In this document: positions 59,363 through 64,000 of the stretch, piece by piece
Position numbering within the stretch: the first letter of the stretch is position 1
Layout: each line of letters begins with the position of its first letter
Source of the DNA: Candidatus Krumholzibacteriia bacterium
GTDB taxonomy: Bacteria > Krumholzibacteriota > Krumholzibacteriia > LZORAL124-64-63
Direction of reading: 5' to 3'
Length of the DNA: 64,000 bases
NCBI GenBank assembly: GCA_942492615.1
Contig: CALOFL010000023.1
Span: forward strand, 230,832 to 294,831
Program-made: the position numbers and the translations under genes
Notes under the pieces: model-generated
The model's database searches: none
What the model was told of the DNA's origin: nothing
The model's input: the letters and a program-made list of their open reading frames with translations, nothing else

Positions 59363-61558
59363 ATGTCCAGCCGCCGCGCCGTCCGCTGTTTCGGGTTGAC
59401 CATCGCCCTTCTGGCAACCCTCTTGTTCCCGGCCTCGCCGGTCGCCCAGACCACCGACTGCACCAACTACGCCGACTACATGCACTGGCTCAGGCGCGTT
59501 CCCGTTGAGCCGACTCCCGCCGGCCTGACCCTGGTCGGTGACCGTGCCTACGTGGCGGCATCAATTTCCGGACTGATGATCTTCGACATCAGCGACCCGG
59601 CCCTACCCGTCTGGCTCGGCACCGCCGACACACCCGCGAACTGTCAGGCCAGCCTCATCATCGGCGACCTGGCCTATGTCGCCGATGCCTACAGCCCCGG
59701 ATTCTGCGTGATCGATGTGAGTGACCCGACGGCCCCGGTGATGCTCGGGCAGACAGGTGGTTGGACCAGCTACCTCTGGGACCTGGCCCTGGCCGCCCCG
59801 GACACCTTCTACCTGGCCGACTCCTACTACGGGGTCCGCATCGTCGAGGCCACCGACCCGACGGATCCCACCACCGTCGGGGGCTTCAACGGAGGCCGGA
59901 CCGTCTGGGAGGTGACCGTGGAGGGCGACCTGGCGTTCATCCCCGACGACCAGGGCCTGAAGATCTACGACATCACCGTCACGGCCATCCCCGAGCGGAT
60001 CGGCTTTGCCGAGGCTCCCGGCATTAACTACAGCCTCGATCGACACGGCAACCACATGTTCATGGCCTGCTACGACTCCCTCCGCGTGTTCGACGTATCC
60101 GATCCCGAGGCTCCCGCCCTCATCGGCACCCATGCTACGAAGGCGCCCTCCACCCGTATCCGCATCGTGGGCGACACCGCCTATCTCTCCCAGAGCTACA
60201 TTGGGAACACCGGTGGCCTCGAACTCTTCGACGTTTCGGACCCGACGGCGCCATTCAGCCTGGGCGGCTTCGGATCAGCCAAGGGGATCATGGATGTCGA
60301 AATATCCGGCGGCCACGCCTTCGTGACCTGCGAACAGCGCGGACTCCAGTCGGTGGAGTTGAACGGCCTGATCGTGCCTGATCTTCCCGATACCCTTGGC
60401 CTGTTATTCCCGACCCAGGTCACCGGCGTGGGTGATCTGGCCTACGTGACCAGTAACTTCGAAGGGCTGGTGATCGTCGACGTGGCTTCGCCGGGAGCGC
60501 CGATCGCCCTCGGACGCGTTGGCACCCTCGGCGACGCCCACGATGTGGACGTGCAGGGCAACTACGCCTATGTGGCCGGCGGTGGCTTGACGGTGCTGAA
60601 TGTCACTGACCCGACCGCCCCGTTCGAGGTGGCCTTCGTCTACCCCCTCGGCACCGTGGTGGATGTGGCTGTCCAGGGTAATTACGCCTATCTCGCCGCC
60701 CGGGACCGCGGGATGCACGTGATCAACATCACCGACCCGACGGCGCCCTTCAAGGTCACCACCCTGCCCCTGCCCGACTGGGCCACAGGGGTGGTCGTCG
60801 AGGGCAACTACGCCTATGTGGCCTGCGATGATGAGGGCATCCAGATCGTGGACATTTCCACGCCGGGATCGCCATTCGTCAGTCACACCGTTCCCCTGGA
60901 CCAGGATGTCGCCAATCCCTGTCTGGTCGGGAATTACCTCTATGTCAGCGGGAGCGAGGCGGGTCTGCACATCATCGACGTCTCCAGCCCCCTGGCAGCC
61001 ACCCTGGTGTCCACCCTGCTGACGACCGGCACGGCCTGGGACGTGGTCGTCAACAACGGTGTCGCCTATATCTCCGACTACTTCAGCGGCGTCCAGATTG
61101 CGGACGTATCGGACCCAAGCGCTCCATTCCTGGCCGGTACTCTGAACACGCCAATCCGGAATAGCTACGGCATCGGTCTGGCCGGCGGGAAGATTTGCAT
61201 CGCCGACTGGGAGAGCGGCTTCATCATGGTGGACATCGACTGTCGCAGGGTCTCGGCGACGCCCGAACTGCCGGCCCGAACGATGCTGACTCTCACCGCG
61301 TCGCCGAACCCGTTCAATCCCGGCACGACCCTGTCGTTCACGCTGCAGTATCCCGCCCGGGTCGACCTCAAGGTCTACGACGTGGCGGGCCGGTTGGTCC
61401 GGACCCTGATCAGCGATCAGTTGATGGCGCCCGGCCCGGGCCGGGCGCTCTGGAACGGCAATGACGACCAGGGCCGCACCGTGGCGGCCGGCGTCTACCT
61501 GGGCCGCTTGACGGCCGGCGAGCAGACGGCCGTCGGCAGGATGGTCATCGTCAAGTAG
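59363..61558 (+). CDS. Secreted LVIVD-repeat beta-propeller protein with a T9SS C-terminal sorting domain
   Basis: Repeated GxAYVA...GLxIxDVSDPxxP modules (about 12 copies). C-terminal domain SPNPFNPGTTLSFTL...VYDVAGRLVRTL...GVYLGRL. Confidence 0.8.
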   Translation: MSSRRAVRCFGLTIALLATLLFPASPVAQTTDCTNYADYMHWLRRVPVEPTPAGLTLVGDRAYVAASISGLMIFDISDPALPVWLGTADTPANCQASLIIGDLAYVADAYSPGFCVIDVSDPTAPVMLGQTGGWTSYLWDLALAAPDTFYLADSYYGVRIVEATDPTDPTTVGGFNGGRTVWEVTVEGDLAFIPDDQGLKIYDITVTAIPERIGFAEAPGINYSLDRHGNHMFMACYDSLRVFDVSDPEAPALIGTHATKAPSTRIRIVGDTAYLSQSYIGNTGGLELFDVSDPTAPFSLGGFGSAKGIMDVEISGGHAFVTCEQRGLQSVELNGLIVPDLPDTLGLLFPTQVTGVGDLAYVTSNFEGLVIVDVASPGAPIALGRVGTLGDAHDVDVQGNYAYVAGGGLTVLNVTDPTAPFEVAFVYPLGTVVDVAVQGNYAYLAARDRGMHVINITDPTAPFKVTTLPLPDWATGVVVEGNYAYVACDDEGIQIVDISTPGSPFVSHTVPLDQDVANPCLVGNYLYVSGSEAGLHIIDVSSPLAATLVSTLLTTGTAWDVVVNNGVAYISDYFSGVQIADVSDPSAPFLAGTLNTPIRNSYGIGLAGGKICIADWESGFIMVDIDCRRVSATPELPARTMLTLTASPNPFNPGTTLSFTLQYPARVDLKVYDVAGRLVRTLISDQLMAPGPGRALWNGNDDQGRTVAAGVYLGRLTAGEQTAVGRMVIVK

Positions 61559-61579
61559 AGGCCCCCACACCGTGGGGCC

Positions 61580-64000
61580 TCAGCGGAAATCCCGACTCCC
61601 GGTGGTGGCCGGCGCCTGGGCCAGCTGCGGTTCCCAGGCCCGGTCCACCACCAGGTGCGTCACGCCGTCTTCGGCCTGGATGCGCCCGGAGACCCCCATC
61701 ACGCTCAGGGATCGCAGCGGCACCTTGAACCGGTCCCACACCGCCTGCCACACGACCAGGTTCACGAACCCCGTTTCGTCCTCGAGGGTCAGGAACGTCA
61801 CCCCCTTGGCCGTGTGCGGGCGCTGCCGGCAGATCACCAGCCCCACGTAATCCGTGCGCCGCCCGTCCGCCAGGGCATTGACCGCCGTCGCCAGCGGCCA
61901 GCCCTGGGCCGTGAACAGTTTCCGGAACGGTTCGAGCAAATGGGCGCGCGGACTGTGTCCGGACTCCCGCCAGTCCCAGTTGATCCGTTCCATCTCCGAC
62001 AGTTGCTGCAGCGCCGGCGCCGGCGCCGGGTCGGCCAGCGGCAGCAGCAGCTGCTCCGGCCGGTCCTGCCGGCTGAGCCCGTGCACCGCCCAGAGCGCCT
62101 TGCGCCGGTCCGGCTCCAGTCCCGCCAGCGCCCCGGCCCGCGCCAGCGCCGTCAGATCATCCACCGGCGTCCGCGCCCGCCGATACAGATCGCCGATGTT
62201 CCGATAAGGACTCACGGGCCTGTCTTCGCCCACCACCTGGCTTTCACGATACCGCTCGGCCAGCGACCGCCTTGGCAGACCGAGCCGGACGTGACCGCGT
62301 TCCCCCGGGACGGTCCGCGCTGCGCCCCGGCGCGGTTCGTCGGCCCGAGGCGCGCGCGACGAGGGGACCTCTTCCAAGGTGCAGTCCCAGGCGCTCAGGC
62401 GGTGACATCGATGGGCAGCACGACGATGTCGTGCCGCTTGGCGTCCTCGACGATGGTGCCCGGCGCATAGAACCCCATGGGCTGGGCGTTCAGCAGCGAA
62501 CAGGCGAAGACGTCGGGGTGGTGGCACTTGAGCCAGGAGGTGGCGTAGGCGATCAGGGCGAAGCTGGCGGCGTGGCTCTCGGGGAAACCGTATTCGCCGA
62601 ACCCCCGGATCTGCTGGAAGACCCGCTCGGCGAACTCCTGGGTGATGCCCTTGGCGACCATGCGGCGCACCAGACGCTCGTGGTGCTGCTCGATGGGACC
62701 GTGGCTGCGCCAGGTGGCCATGTCGCGGCGCAGCTGGTCGGCCTCGCCCGGCGTGTAGTCGGCGGCCACCATCGCCAGGCGCATGACCTGTTCCTGGAAC
62801 AGCGGCACCCCCAGGGTCTTGCGCAGGATCGGCTCCAGGGCCGGATGCGGATAGGTCACCGGCTCGGTGCCGTGCCGCCGCGCCAGGTAGGGATGCAGCA
62901 TCCCGCCGGTGATGGGGCCGGGCCGGATGATCGCCACCTGGATCACCAGGTCGTAATAGCAGGCCGGACGCAGGCGCGGCAGCATGTTCATCTGGGCGCG
63001 GCTTTCGACCTGGAAGGTGCCCACCGAGTCGGCGCGGTGCAGCATCTCGAAGGTGGGTCGGTCGTCGCGCGGGATGCGGGCCAGGCTCAGGTCCACGTCG
63101 CGGTGGTCGCGCAGCAGGTCGAAGGCGATGTGCAGCTGGTTCAGCGCGCCCAGCCCCAGCAGGTCGACCTTGAACAGACTCATGGCCTCGACGCCGTACT
63201 TGTCCCACTGGATGACGGTGCGGCCGGGCATGGTCGCGTTCTCGACCGGCACCAGGTCGTGCACCGGTTCGTGTCCCAGCAGGAAACCGCCGGGGTGGAC
63301 CGACAGGTGACGGGGGAACTCCTGGATCTGCGCCACGAGCCGGGCGAACCCGGCATGCAGGGGCGCGGCGGGATCGAACCCGGCCCGGACCAGTTCGTCG
63401 GGGCACAGCCCGGCGGACCCGCCTTCGGGAAAGTGGGCGACCATGCTGTGGCTCGCCGTCTTGGCCAGGCGGTCCAGGTGGACCGCCGGCAGGCCCAGCG
63501 CCTTGCCCACCTCGCGGATGGCCGAACGGGGCCGGAAGCGCACCACGTTGGCCACCATGGCGGCCCGGTCGCGGCCGTACTTCTCGTAGACGTGCTGGAT
63601 GACCTCCTCGCGGCGTCCGTGCTCGATGTCCAGATCGATGTCCGGCGGCTCGGCCCGCTCGCGCGAGATGAAGCGCTCGAACAGCAGGTCGACCTCGCGC
63701 GGGATTCACCGCCGTGATCTTCAGGCAGTAGCACACCACCGAGTTGGCCGCCGAGCCGCGGCCCTGGCAGAGGATGCCCTGCTCGCGGCAGAAGCGCACG
63801 ATCTCGTACATGGTCAGGAAGTAACCCTCGTAGTCCAGCTCGTGGATCAGTTCCAGCTCGCGTTCGATGCGCTCGCTGCAGATCGTCCGGCACCTGGCTC
63901 GCCGAAGCGGTCGCGCGCGCCGCGGCGCACCAGGCGGTCCAGCCAGGTGGCGGTGGTCATGCCGAAGGGCAGGTACTCGTTGGGGTAGCGGTAGCGCAAG
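61580..64000 (-). CDS. dnaE2: Error-prone DNA polymerase DnaE2/ImuC (Pol III alpha family), 5'-truncated by the window edge. As sequenced, at least four frameshifts disrupt it.
   Basis: Conserved segments lie in different frames: [60 protein letters not shown]; [25 protein letters not shown]...MVANVVRF...; C-terminus ...[28 protein letters not shown]. Frame switches occur near 62400, 63686, 63872 and 63895. Confidence 0.75.
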   Translation of the reverse strand, partial: LALPLPQRVPALRHDHRHLAGPPGAPRRARPLRRARCRTICSERIERELELIHELDYEGYFLTMYEIVRFCREQGILCQGRGSAANSVVCYCLKITAVNPARGRPAVRALHLARAGRAAGHRSGHRARTPRGGHPARLREVRPRPGRHGGQRGALPAPFGHPRGGQGAGPAGGPPGPPGQDGEPQHGRPLSRRRVRRAVPRRTGPGRVRSRRAPACRVRPARGADPGVPPSPVGPPRRFPAGTRTGARPGAGRERDHARPHRHPVGQVRRRGHESVQGRPAGAGRAEPAAHRLRPAARPPRRGPEPGPHPARRPTHLRDAAPRRLGGHLPGRKPRPDEHAAAPASGLLLRPGDPGGDHPARPHHRRDAASLPGAAARHRAGDLSASGPGADPAQDPGGAAVPGTGHAPGDGGRRLHAGRGRPAAPRHGHLAQPRSHRAAPRASGAPHGRQGHHPGVRRAGLPADPGVRRIRFPREPRRQLRPDRLRHLLAQVPPPRRLRLFAAERPAHGVLCAGHHRRGRQAARHRRAAHRCHRLSAWDCTLEEVPSSRAPRADEPRRGAARTVPGERGHVRLGLPRRSLAERYRESQVVGEDRPVSPYRNIGDLYRRARTPVDDLTALARAGALAGLEPDRRKALWAVHGLSRQDRPEQLLLPLADPAPAPALQQLSEMERINWDWRESGHSPRAHLLEPFRKLFTAQGWPLATAVNALADGRRTDYVGLVICRQRPHTAKGVTFLTLEDETGFVNLVVWQAVWDRFKVPLRSLSVMGVSGRIQAEDGVTHLVVDRAWEPQLAQAPATTGSRDFR

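Noticed and set aside
63180-63893. 237-aa minus-strand ORF ([11 protein letters not shown]...) in the dnaE2 region
   Set aside because: A wrong frame created by local frameshifts. Only a short PDDLQ segment is genuine DnaE2 sequence.

Overview
This 64 kb window is a high-GC (~65-70%) chromosomal segment from a Gram-negative bacterium that uses a type IX secretion system. Three secreted proteins carry T9SS-type C-terminal sorting domains (NPFNP motif), and OmpA, Omp85, LPS heptosyltransferase and MntP genes are present. It looks like core or accessory chromosome rather than a mobile element: no transposase or integrase, no rRNA or tRNA genes, and no CRISPR array were found. The main gene blocks, in order, are:
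(1) Two convergent Hanks-type Ser/Thr kinases (one with a TolB-like beta-propeller, one with TPR repeats) flanking an MFS transporter.
(2) A minus-strand operon with an FAD amine-oxidase-like oxidoreductase, a DUF1365 protein and two tandem cyclopropane-fatty-acid-synthase-like methyltransferases. This gene set resembles bacterial furan-fatty-acid clusters.
(3) Housekeeping and envelope genes: a fasciclin lipoprotein, an orphan MalK-like ABC ATPase, a DEDDh exonuclease, transketolase, a secreted phospholipase-D-like protein, isochorismatase, MscS, OmpA, LPS-core glycosyltransferases, quinone oxidoreductase, an Omp85/TamA-like protein, YchJ, an OPT transporter and pepT.
(4) An SPFH protein followed by a small Arc-like gene.
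(5) A sigma-54 enhancer-binding protein (PAS, AAA+ and HTH domains) divergent from a thioredoxin gene. The thioredoxin gene has a textbook -24/-12 promoter and an upstream GTTGCAA repeat array.
(6) A third TPR Ser/Thr kinase followed by an orphan beta-rich 136-aa protein.
(7) A ~18 kb beta-glucan (laminarin-type) utilisation locus. It contains a GH16 lipoprotein, a ROK regulator, GH1, a 1069-aa glycoside-hydrolase plus beta-rich-domain fusion, a GH16-CBM-T9SS protein, a 1134-aa cytoplasmic putative glycan phosphorylase, paralogous secreted proteins, a decayed GPH symporter gene and a shared TTCGG-N3-CCGAA operator-like palindrome.
(8) A 5'-truncated error-prone dnaE2 at the window edge.
At least ten 1-nt frameshifts, mostly in G/C runs, interrupt otherwise well-conserved genes. 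This suggests residual assembly indel errors (or pseudogenes) and limits confidence in some gene boundaries.
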